Assembly: GCF_001481685.1 (NCBI RefSeq)
Contig: NZ_CP006867.1
Coordinates: forward strand, 240,001-272,000
Source of the DNA: Ignicoccus islandicus DSM 13165
GTDB taxonomy: Archaea > Thermoproteota > Thermoprotei_A > Sulfolobales > Ignicoccaceae
Direction of reading: 5' to 3'
Length of the DNA: 32,000 bases
A program made the position numbers and the translations under genes. Shown here piece by piece: positions 25,003 to 32,000 of the stretch. The notes beneath the pieces were generated by a model. It was not told the origin of the DNA. It worked only from the letters and a program-made list of their open reading frames with translations, and searched no databases. The number at the start of each line of letters is the position of its first letter. The first letter of the stretch is position 1.

Positions 25003-25099
25003 TTAATTACGTTCCCGAAAAACGATGAATTGTGGCTGATTAACCATTTAAGCAGCTAACATATATATAACGATGCGTGAAGCTAGCTGGTTATGAGTC

Positions 25100-25633
25100 T
25101 TGAGGAACTCGGAGGAAGTTGAACGTGTGGTCAACGAAACTATTGAGGTAATTAAGGAGAGGGACGTTCCTCTCCAATCGTTAACCCTTGCCGCTCTCTT
25201 GGCTTCCCTACAACAACTCGGAATACTAACCCAGGGCACAGTAGCTACGTTGGCTAAGTACTTCTCGCTCAGAATAATTGCGTACATGATTTATCACAAA
25301 ATAGTTGATATGAACAAGAGCGTTGAAGAGAACCTAATGAGCGCCTTCAAGCAATACGGCTTCAAAGATAGCGAAATCTCTATAAACTCGAAAAATGGGG
25401 AAGTCGAGATAGATATTGTTACCGCTAAGTGTAAGCTGTGCCCTAAGGGCGTAGGCGGGGCGGAGCTGGAGGGGAATGCTTGCCCCGTTCCGTACCTCGT
25501 TTCCTACGCGTTAACTGCCATGGAGGGGAAGACGTGGAAGCCGGAGCTTATAAAGAACGGGTCTTCGGCCAAGTTGACTGTCGTTTCTAAGACGGGCGGC
25601 ATTTGTAGAATGAAGATTAAGAGAACTGAATGA
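25100..25633 (+). CDS. V4R-like Cys-rich domain protein (function unknown)
   Basis: 177 aa. VEIDIVTAKCKLCP...NACPVPYLVSYALTAMEG...GGICRMKIK has the same architecture as 5076-5603. Confidence 0.4.
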   Translation: MRNSEEVERVVNETIEVIKERDVPLQSLTLAALLASLQQLGILTQGTVATLAKYFSLRIIAYMIYHKIVDMNKSVEENLMSAFKQYGFKDSEISINSKNGEVEIDIVTAKCKLCPKGVGGAELEGNACPVPYLVSYALTAMEGKTWKPELIKNGSSAKLTVVSKTGGICRMKIKRTE

Positions 25634-26249
25634 GTAATTCCTCCGCGCTGGATACCAACTTACAGGCTACCGTCCAAGCCTTTAAGCTATCCTTCCAAAT
25701 GCTGTATAGCTTTCGCGCCTTTTTGATAGTGCTCCTCCTGAAATCTCCCCTGGGGAAAACGCCTATCCCAATAGCCGCATTGGTTTCAATTGCTTCCGAG
25801 ACCACCTCCGAGACTCTCCTAAGCTCGCCTTTTTCGTGCATTAGGATGAATTTCCCGTGATCCTTTACGAACTGAGACAAGTCGTCGTAGGCCTTCCATA
25901 TAAGGGGCTCTTCCGAATCACGGGGAACTTTCCCATATTGAAGTAATTGCGCCATTATCTCCTTGAAGGCATCGTAGTGCTTGGGAACTCTCTCGTCAGA
26001 CCTCACCTTGTAAACTTCGCCAGTTATCGTGTGGAAGTAGAGTTCCAGTAACCCTTCCCGATTCAAGACGGAGTCTTGGAGGATTAGTAAGGTGGTGTGG
26101 AGGATGTCCGGTCTACCTCTCTTCCACTTCTGGGGGAAGTTAGATAGCTTGTGGTAATGGTACCTCTTATCTATCAAGGGACCGTAAGGCCAATTGCTGG
26201 GAGCCAGCTCCAAGGAGGCTTCAAGCAGTATTACTTTCAACTTTCTCAA
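25617..26249 (-). CDS. nep1: Ribosomal RNA small-subunit methyltransferase Nep1 (Emg1, SPOUT family)
   Basis: 210 aa. LEASLE..., GRPDILHTTLLILQDS and LELYFHT are the Nep1 signature blocks. Confidence 0.8.
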   Translation of the reverse strand: MRKLKVILLEASLELAPSNWPYGPLIDKRYHYHKLSNFPQKWKRGRPDILHTTLLILQDSVLNREGLLELYFHTITGEVYKVRSDERVPKHYDAFKEIMAQLLQYGKVPRDSEEPLIWKAYDDLSQFVKDHGKFILMHEKGELRRVSEVVSEAIETNAAIGIGVFPRGDFRRSTIKKARKLYSIWKDSLKAWTVACKLVSSAEELLIQFS

Positions 26250-26922
26250 TTCCCTTCCCCAGTTTTAAGAGCAGTTCGGCCAATCTCTTAGGGTTCTTTG
26301 AGTATAAACGATAACTAGGGACGCCCGGCTTCTTCGAAACTAAGTCCACTGCCTTACTCTCTTCGACTACCTTAATTTCGTAGTCCTTTAATGGGAAAGG
26401 TATGTTGCCGAATGGTTTAATTTGTATGCCGCCTTCGGTTACCTTGTAGGACGTAATGGGTTTCGGAATTTCCGCCATTTTCTTCATTGCGTGCTTGTTC
26501 AAGAAGTAGTTTAGGACAGTGTATCCTTCGAAGTAGGCAACTATCGCTGCGAATCGATATACCGGGTTGGGGATGTGAGTTATAGTTGGCCACAAGGTGA
26601 AACCGAAGAGCAATAGAACCATTATTGGAAGGGAGCTGAAGAGGCTCTGACTCATCTGACCCTTCAAGATCCTTTCCATCTCTGGATCCGTTTCCAAGAG
26701 CTCCTTCGAGTTCTCCTCATAATGTACCTTTCCCTTAGGTCTTTCCATAGCCTTTTTCAAGTGTTTTCCGAAGTACTTGTACATTATTACCAGCATTAAT
26801 ATGAAGTAAATTACTAACAAGAAGCCGTAGTACTGAGGGAAGAACGACATTATAGTTGCAAATGTTAGCATGCTTGCTTGGGATAACAACATCGCCTTTT
26901 TACCGAACGGGTTCGGTTCCAT
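26221..26922 (-). CDS. Membrane protein (about 4 TM helices) with a soluble C-terminal domain, function unknown
   Basis: 233 aa. Hydrophobic segments at the N-terminus and mid-protein. The C-terminal ~80 aa is beta-rich (YKVTEGGIQIKPFGNIPFPLKDYEIKVVEE). Confidence 0.5.
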   Translation of the reverse strand: MEPNPFGKKAMLLSQASMLTFATIMSFFPQYYGFLLVIYFILMLVIMYKYFGKHLKKAMERPKGKVHYEENSKELLETDPEMERILKGQMSQSLFSSLPIMVLLLFGFTLWPTITHIPNPVYRFAAIVAYFEGYTVLNYFLNKHAMKKMAEIPKPITSYKVTEGGIQIKPFGNIPFPLKDYEIKVVEESKAVDLVSKKPGVPSYRLYSKNPKRLAELLLKLGKGIEKVESNTA

Positions 26923-26956
26923 TTCAAGTACCCATCCTCACCCATCGGTGCCCGTA

Positions 26957-28243
26957 TTATTGTTTGTCCCTAACGTCTATCTTTACTACCTTCCACTTGG
27001 CCTCTGCGGCGCTTTTGGGAACGACCTCGGTGGTAACCAATATGGCTGAGGAACTCCTCATTCTGATGCCTTTCATCAATCTTAGAACTTCCTCTTCTTC
27101 CTCGTCGAACCAATACCCGTCGGTTAAGATCACTACAGCGTCACCGAACCTCATTTTACTTAAAACGAACTTAAGGGGTTCCTCTGCTACAGTACCTCCG
27201 CCTCCCTTGAGGGATCTCAGTAAGTTCCTGAGCTTCGAGACGTTCCTCGAGTTGAGTACTTGATGTACTTCCGCGTCCCAAGAGACTACGTGAATTCTGT
27301 TGGCGTACTTAGCTGCTTCAATTACTTCGCCCGCGAATTGGGAGAGCTCCCTCTTCGTTATCGAACCGGAAGTGTCTACTAAGAACCATATGTCCGCGCC
27401 CCTCCTCACGTAGCCCGGGACGTTTTTCAATCCCCTCCTGTTGGGCCTTTGCCAAGTCCTGAAGCTCTTGCCCAATCCCTCCCTTAAGGAACTCCTGAGC
27501 TCCGTTCTCCACGATACCTTCGAAGAGAGGAACTCCTCTAGCCTCCTCTTCAAGCCTAGGGGCAAGTTACCCGCGCTCTTCTGGACTTCGATGGCCTCTG
27601 CCAAGGCTTGAGCCAACAACCTCCTCGTAGCAGACCTATCAACTACTGAGGTCTCTTTCACCTCTCTAGCGAACTCCTCATCGCCTTCCCAAACGGTTTC
27701 CCTCTTCCCCTCAACTATTTCCGTAGGCAAGTCTTCGAAGCCGCTCGCTCCCCCGTAAGCTTCTGCGAGGTTGGGGCTTCGGGAACCTATCTTCCCTCTG
27801 AGTTTATCGTATACTGTTTCGGCTGGGTCGTCTGGCAGAACTCCGAGGGTTTCGAAGGTCCTCCAAGTAACGGGTTTCGCCTTGATTATCCTAACGCTCA
27901 TGTTCTCTAAATCTTTAAGCATGTTCATTTCTTCAAGAATTCTGTTAACTTCAACGTCGCATGCCACGTTCCAAAGCTTCGGATCGACCTCACTGCCCTT
28001 CAGAGGAATCCAGTGCCCTAGGATGGCGTGAAGCATTTCGTGTACTAACAAACTGGCTAATTCCCTTTCGTTCGCCCTCGGTACCCATTCCTTCGGTATC
28101 ACTATGCTCATATTCCTGTAGTCAAAGAAAGCGGAAGGGGCGCCCTCTTGCACTTGTACTTTGAACTTCTTTAGTAATATCCACATCCCTATGTAGCTCA
28201 TTGCCAAGTAGTCCTTTGCTCTATTGAACTTAATCGAATCCAT
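26957..28243 (-). CDS. Putative metallopeptidase (HExxH, DUF2201_N-like) fused to a VWA domain (COG3864-like)
   Basis: 428 aa. N-terminal LLVHEMLHAILGH zinc-peptidase motif. C-terminal VWA domain with a MIDAS-type IWFLVDTSGS (DxSxS) and a VVILTDG strand. Confidence 0.75.
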   Translation of the reverse strand: MDSIKFNRAKDYLAMSYIGMWILLKKFKVQVQEGAPSAFFDYRNMSIVIPKEWVPRANERELASLLVHEMLHAILGHWIPLKGSEVDPKLWNVACDVEVNRILEEMNMLKDLENMSVRIIKAKPVTWRTFETLGVLPDDPAETVYDKLRGKIGSRSPNLAEAYGGASGFEDLPTEIVEGKRETVWEGDEEFAREVKETSVVDRSATRRLLAQALAEAIEVQKSAGNLPLGLKRRLEEFLSSKVSWRTELRSSLREGLGKSFRTWQRPNRRGLKNVPGYVRRGADIWFLVDTSGSITKRELSQFAGEVIEAAKYANRIHVVSWDAEVHQVLNSRNVSKLRNLLRSLKGGGGTVAEEPLKFVLSKMRFGDAVVILTDGYWFDEEEEEVLRLMKGIRMRSSSAILVTTEVVPKSAAEAKWKVVKIDVRDKQ

Positions 28244-28247
28244 TTCA

Positions 28248-28412
28248 TCACTCCCTTGCGAAGAAGGCTATGAAGCCGCACTTAGGGCACCTGAAGACCT
28301 CGACGTTCTTAACTTCGTTCGGTATGAAGCCCCCTACTAGGGGCATTTTCGAGGCTAGCTCGCCTAACTTACCTTCCATCTTCATTTCGGTTCCGCAAAA
28401 GGGACACTTCAT
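28248..28412 (-). CDS. Small zinc-ribbon protein (54 aa), not in the ORF track
   Basis: My translation is MKCPFCGTEMKMEGKLGELASKMPLVGGFIPNEVKNVEVFRCPKCGFIAFFARE, with two CxxC pairs. The ATG lies 3 nt after the VanZ-like stop, and the stop lies 4 nt before the VWA gene ATG. Confidence 0.5.
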   Translation of the reverse strand: MKCPFCGTEMKMEGKLGELASKMPLVGGFIPNEVKNVEVFRCPKCGFIAFFARE

Positions 28413-28415
28413 TAC

Positions 28416-28775
28416 CTATCCCACTTCCGTTACCCTAAAGGCCTTATAGGTTAACCACGCGCCAATTAACGAACCTAGAGCGTTGGCGAGTAAATCCCCC
28501 AAATCGAACGTCCTCCACGGAACGAACCACTGAGCTAACTCAGTTAGCCCCCCGAGAACGGCTGAAATTAGCATACCGTCCCATCCGTATAACGTCGCGG
28601 AAACGAACGAGTAAATTGCGAAGAGCGAGAAGTGCCTCAACGAGGATTGAGGATCGAACGGCAAATAGGTAATTTCCTCCACTTCCTTAACTACTTCCGC
28701 CGGAGCTATCGTCAACCCCCAAGCTATAGCTACCGTTAGGAGCGCCCAAACTGCCTTGAGAACCCTCTTCCACAT
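28416..28775 (-). CDS. VanZ-like family membrane protein
   Basis: 119 aa, about 4 TM helices. HFSLFAIY and ELAQWFVPWRTFDLGDLLANALGSLIG resemble the VanZ-like family pattern E..Q.F.P.R...D...N..G...G. Confidence 0.5.
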   Translation of the reverse strand: MWKRVLKAVWALLTVAIAWGLTIAPAEVVKEVEEITYLPFDPQSSLRHFSLFAIYSFVSATLYGWDGMLISAVLGGLTELAQWFVPWRTFDLGDLLANALGSLIGAWLTYKAFRVTEVG

Positions 28776-28792
28776 AATAACTCCCCCTCTCG

Positions 28793-29335
28793 ATGGCTGT
28801 GGGGCTTAGAAAGTTGAGTTCGTTCAACGTAACGGTGGCGTGTTGGAGAGGTAAGGAAGTAAAGGCCGAATTGGAACTGAAGAGCTACTGGGGCAAGAAC
28901 TTCGTAGTAGTGAGAAAGCAGCCTAGCCTGTTGATAGTAAAATACAACGGCGATCCGTTCGAAGCGGTCAAGAAGCTGAAGGAAGTGGTCGACCCTAGGT
29001 ACACCACTCTGCTAAAGGCCATACCTTACGACGCGAGCGTTCCAGCTGACATAGAGGAAGTTATAAAGGCAGTTGAGAAATTCTCTAAAAAGATAGGAGA
29101 GGGAGAGACCTATAGAATAACTTTGAAGGGACCCATCTACGAGTTCAAAGACGATGATTGGAGGGAGCTTCCGAAGGAGGAGGCTATTAGGAGGATAGCC
29201 GAGGTCATAGATAGGAAGGTAGACCTGGAGAACCCCGATTGGGTCGTATACATCAGGAGCTTGCCGTTGAGGGGAATTCAACAAGCCGGAGTGAGCGTTC
29301 ATAAGCCAGAGTGGATCTTTTCCGTTCAGCAATGA
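28793..29335 (+). CDS. THUMP-domain putative RNA-binding protein
   Basis: 180 aa. Stand-alone THUMP-like architecture (ferredoxin-like N-terminus, then YRITLKG...VDLENPDWVVYI). Assigned from memory of the COG1818-like family. Confidence 0.55.
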   Translation: MAVGLRKLSSFNVTVACWRGKEVKAELELKSYWGKNFVVVRKQPSLLIVKYNGDPFEAVKKLKEVVDPRYTTLLKAIPYDASVPADIEEVIKAVEKFSKKIGEGETYRITLKGPIYEFKDDDWRELPKEEAIRRIAEVIDRKVDLENPDWVVYIRSLPLRGIQQAGVSVHKPEWIFSVQQ

Positions 29336-29358
29336 GGTGTTGAACCATTTACTACGCT

Positions 29359-30018
29359 TTGAGACCTCCTAACGGGACTAAGAGCTACGATTACTGGCTC
29401 TTGAAGCAAGCCAGCTTAGCTAGGAGGTATTACATTGGAACGTTCTACGTTCCTTCAAAGAACCTTTACTCCCCCGTCTTCAGAAGGATAGGGAAGGCCG
29501 ACCCTAAGGCGTTCCTTACTATTACGGCGAGGGAGCTAAGGGACTCCTATAAAATGGTTTGCATTAAGGGTTGCGGCCAATGTTGCGAGAGGAACTCGAA
29601 CGCGGTAATATTTGAGGAGGAAGCGAGAGAGCTTGGAATACAGATAAGAGATAAACCCTCTTTCGAGGTCGAATTGGTTGACGGATCCAAATTGAAAGTA
29701 TATAGGCTAGACACTAGGAGGAACGGCCAATGCGTATTTTATAATAGGAGAAGGAAGACGTGTTCTCTAGGAAGAAACAGGCCGATATTATGCGTGATTC
29801 ACTATTGCTCGGCTTTCGCGGAAAGGGTTGAAAACGGGAGGAAGGTAATGTACGTTAAGGTTTCCGGTAAAGAGCTTGGGAACGGGCTAGTTGAAATGAA
29901 GTTCGAGAGAGTTAGCAACGAAGAGTGGGAAGAGATAGTAAGGATGGTGAAGAACGGGGTAAACGTTTGGAGAGCAGTAGCTGAAATACTGAGGAAGAGG
30001 AACTTAGGGAAAGCTTGA
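29359..30018 (+). CDS. YkgJ/UPF0153-family putative Fe-S or zinc-binding protein
   Basis: 219 aa. CGQCCE followed by GQCVFY...KTCS...RPILCVIHYC is the CxxCC...C...C pattern of the UPF0153 family. Confidence 0.6.
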   Translation: MRPPNGTKSYDYWLLKQASLARRYYIGTFYVPSKNLYSPVFRRIGKADPKAFLTITARELRDSYKMVCIKGCGQCCERNSNAVIFEEEARELGIQIRDKPSFEVELVDGSKLKVYRLDTRRNGQCVFYNRRRKTCSLGRNRPILCVIHYCSAFAERVENGRKVMYVKVSGKELGNGLVEMKFERVSNEEWEEIVRMVKNGVNVWRAVAEILRKRNLGKA

Positions 30019-30019
30019 G

Positions 30020-30107
30020 TGGTGCGGGGGGTGGGATTTGAACCCACGCAGGCCTACGCCATCGGGTCCTCAGCCCGACCCCTTTGGCCAGGCTCGGGCA
30101 CCCCCGC
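30020..30107 (-). tRNA. tRNA-Leu (anticodon GAG), class II with long variable arm, CCA encoded
   Basis: The reverse complement is GCGGGGG-TG-CCCG-AGCCTGGCCAAA-GGGG-TCGGG-CTGAGGA-CCCGA-TGGCGTAGGCCTGC-GTGGG-TTCAAAT-CCCAC-CCCCCGC-A-CCA. All stems pair and the T-loop is canonical. Confidence 0.9.
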
Positions 30108-30272
30108 GATTTCCCGGGAGCTTCACGAAGTTTTATTTATAAGTTTTTGCTTCCCTAGCTTCGACCCGACCGGACAACAGTCCATTCGATTTGAACGTTG
30201 CTCACAGTAGAGGATATACGGATAGGTGAGGGATAATATAGGGTTCACCACTATAAAGGTAAGGTTGTAACA

Positions 30273-31874
30273 TTGAAATCAATCACAGTAATCTTACTGA
30301 CTTTCATCTTAGCTAACGCGTTCGAGTTAAAATTAATGTGGAGTTTCGATGAACCTAGCGATCGAATAGAAGACATGGTCTTCTCCAGCAAAGGTAATCT
30401 CGGTATAGCCTCTTGGGATAATTGTGCGTACGTTGTTGACCTTAATGGCCATCAACTAGGTAAGACATGTGGAACTTGGGATATGGATGGGGCTGGGTAT
30501 TTTAATGGATTATTCGGTTTCGTTAATCTCGATAACTACGTGTATCTCATTAACAATAATGGTACTTTCTGGAAGAAGATATATGTAGGTGATTATCATC
30601 ATACTGCTATCGCACTCTTGAATAACGGTTTCGTTGCGTGCGATAGTTATTGCGCAAGATTTAATCTCAATGGAGAAAAACTATGGGATACTTACGTAGG
30701 CGCGTACGTTGAAGACGTGGCTATTCGTAAGGGTTACATATACGCAGCTAATAGTGGAAGCCAGAAACTTCAAGTAATCGATCTAAACACAGGTAAGGTA
30801 GTTAGTGAAATAAAGTACGAAAGAAGACCGGGTAGTGTAAGCGTTTGCAATGACTACTTGGCAGTTATAGCGGGGGAACTATACTTTTACGATATCAGTG
30901 ACCCAAGAAATCCGAAGTTGATTTGGAAGAGTACTGGACTAAACGTTGATGATAACGAACATTCTCCTGCCTTTTCTCCAAATTGTAAGTACGTTGCTGT
31001 GGCAGACAATTATTGGTTTATTACGTCTATCGGTAACAGTGAATTGAAGATATTTGACGTAAACGGTGATCTAATTTACTCAAAGTACTTGCCCGGAATT
31101 ACGTCCGTTGCGTGGTGGAACGATGTAATAGCTGTCGGCTACCTTAGCGGTAAGGTGGAATTATATCGCGTTATAAATTATACATCACCAATAGCTCGTT
31201 ATTCCGAAATAGAGAAGATGAATGGAGCGGGAACGCTCGTGATTCAAATAAAGCCCCTCTATGTCTACCAAGATGAGTTTTCTAAGGTACCAATAATAGG
31301 TAGGCTCTTAGTTGCCGGGCTCGTAAAGGCGCTTTACGGAAAACTGAGCTTAGATTCACTCTATGTTAGCGTAAAGGCTTATTTGGAAACGATCAACCTA
31401 GCTAAATCGTACTACATTCAAGCTGAGAAGTTCTTTAAGAATGGAGATTTCGTAAACTCCTTGGAAAAATTAAAAGTGGCCAAGGCACTATTACATACGA
31501 TTAATACCACCTACTCAAACTTAAAGGCTTCTTGGGAAAGAATCGAAACGCAGATGAGGTCCTTAGAGGAACGAATTGTTCCAGTTAGAGAAATACTCGT
31601 AAACGCTTGCGGAACCGATATAGGCGTGGACTGGAATAGTTCTATTGCAATCGAAAAGTTAAAGGAGTGTTCAACATCAATAGAAAAGATATTGAACCTA
31701 ATTGAAGCTCTTAAGCGATACAAGGGCTGGGAAGGTTTCTCGGCTTCATTGGTACTTAGAGACTTGACCGAGTTTGGAAATACAATTAAAGAGATGTACC
31801 CAAGAGTAGAAGATTTAAGCAATCGAATAATTGAACTGGAAACGAAGGCGAAATTGGTTTTAGAGAGTAATTGA
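30273..31874 (+). CDS. Secreted or membrane-anchored beta-propeller protein with a helical/coiled-coil C-terminal domain
   Basis: 533 aa. N-terminal signal/anchor (ITVILLTFILANAF), repeated propeller-like blades (LGIASWDN, VYLINNNG, IYAANSGSQKLQVIDLNTGKV, FSPNCKYVAVAD, IAVGYLSGKVELY), and about 200 aa of alpha-helical C-terminus. Confidence 0.6.
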   Translation: MKSITVILLTFILANAFELKLMWSFDEPSDRIEDMVFSSKGNLGIASWDNCAYVVDLNGHQLGKTCGTWDMDGAGYFNGLFGFVNLDNYVYLINNNGTFWKKIYVGDYHHTAIALLNNGFVACDSYCARFNLNGEKLWDTYVGAYVEDVAIRKGYIYAANSGSQKLQVIDLNTGKVVSEIKYERRPGSVSVCNDYLAVIAGELYFYDISDPRNPKLIWKSTGLNVDDNEHSPAFSPNCKYVAVADNYWFITSIGNSELKIFDVNGDLIYSKYLPGITSVAWWNDVIAVGYLSGKVELYRVINYTSPIARYSEIEKMNGAGTLVIQIKPLYVYQDEFSKVPIIGRLLVAGLVKALYGKLSLDSLYVSVKAYLETINLAKSYYIQAEKFFKNGDFVNSLEKLKVAKALLHTINTTYSNLKASWERIETQMRSLEERIVPVREILVNACGTDIGVDWNSSIAIEKLKECSTSIEKILNLIEALKRYKGWEGFSASLVLRDLTEFGNTIKEMYPRVEDLSNRIIELETKAKLVLESN

Positions 31875-31890
31875 TTTTCAACGTTCTTTT

Positions 31891-32000
31891 TCATGTTTGG
31901 ATTAAATTCCTTTGGCGAAGCCATGGACTAACAATTATCGTTCCCTTTTCAATTAATTCGACCACCTTCCAAGAGATTTCCTCTTGCTTTAGCCACTGAC
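31891..32000 (-). CDS. 3' end of an unidentified minus-strand gene entering from the right edge
   Basis: My translation from 31998 is QWLKQEEISWKVVELIEKGTIIVSPWLRQRNLIQT, ending at the stop at 31891-31893. Coding-like composition only. Confidence 0.3.
   Translation of the reverse strand, partial: QWLKQEEISWKVVELIEKGTIIVSPWLRQRNLIQT

Noticed and set aside
2469-31924. Other track ORFs nested antisense or out of frame inside strong genes. Examples: 2469-2841, 2844-3095, 5340-5537, 7104-7503, 7661-7903, 8001-8609, 8688-8981, 9643-9939, 10634-11756, 13344-14021, 16233-17105, 17794-18057, 18539-18763, 19270-19775, 19907-20288, 20457-20663, 21190-21447, 22490-22955, 24654-24902, 25048-25287, 25630-25860, 26856-27263, 27318-28164, 29012-29332, 29802-30210, 31511-31924
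   Set aside because: Each overlaps a longer ORF with clear family motifs, or a tRNA in the case of 29802-30210. Each has the S/L/P/T-rich low-complexity composition expected of non-coding frames.

Overview
The window looks like chromosomal DNA from a hyperthermophilic crenarchaeon, possibly Desulfurococcales- or Sulfolobales-like; this is inference only, since no search was possible. The main support is a complete cdvA-cdvB-cdvC (ESCRT-type cell division) operon at 16.2-18.8 kb. Archaeal-type housekeeping genes agree: DTD2 deacylase, long FKBP, TIP49/RuvB-like, Nep1, Trm-G10/aTrm11, UppS, dUTPase, spermidine synthase, HypB and THUMP proteins. Proteins are E/K/V/I/R-rich and gene junctions are tight or overlapping. 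Most of the window is ordinary core genome. The non-ordinary parts are listed here. (1) Two same-strand CRISPR arrays (1349-2246, 14 repeats; 12223-12985, 12 repeats) each follow a paralogous 486-bp leader. No cas gene lies in the window, and 9.5 kb of housekeeping genes separate the arrays. Array 1 changes repeat type mid-array. (2) Just after array 2 is a tRNA-Arg(UCG)-like gene with a canonical 5' half and an aberrant 3' half. It is followed by a lower-GC islet carrying three PIN-toxin modules: one AbrB-VapC pair and two tandem DUF104-PIN pairs. Both tandem PIN genes are frameshifted in homopolymer runs while their antitoxin genes are intact. A register-perfect but decayed tRNA 3'-half copy at 15010-15057 suggests a degraded integrated element. 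(3) A co-directional cluster encodes VanZ-like, zinc-ribbon, HExxH-peptidase/VWA and membrane proteins without the usual MoxR ATPase partner. (4) A ferritin-VIT1 iron transporter gene is frameshifted. (5) A 0.5-kb stretch (15718-16213) has no credible ORF. All protein calls rest on motif recognition in the supplied translations; no database search was run.
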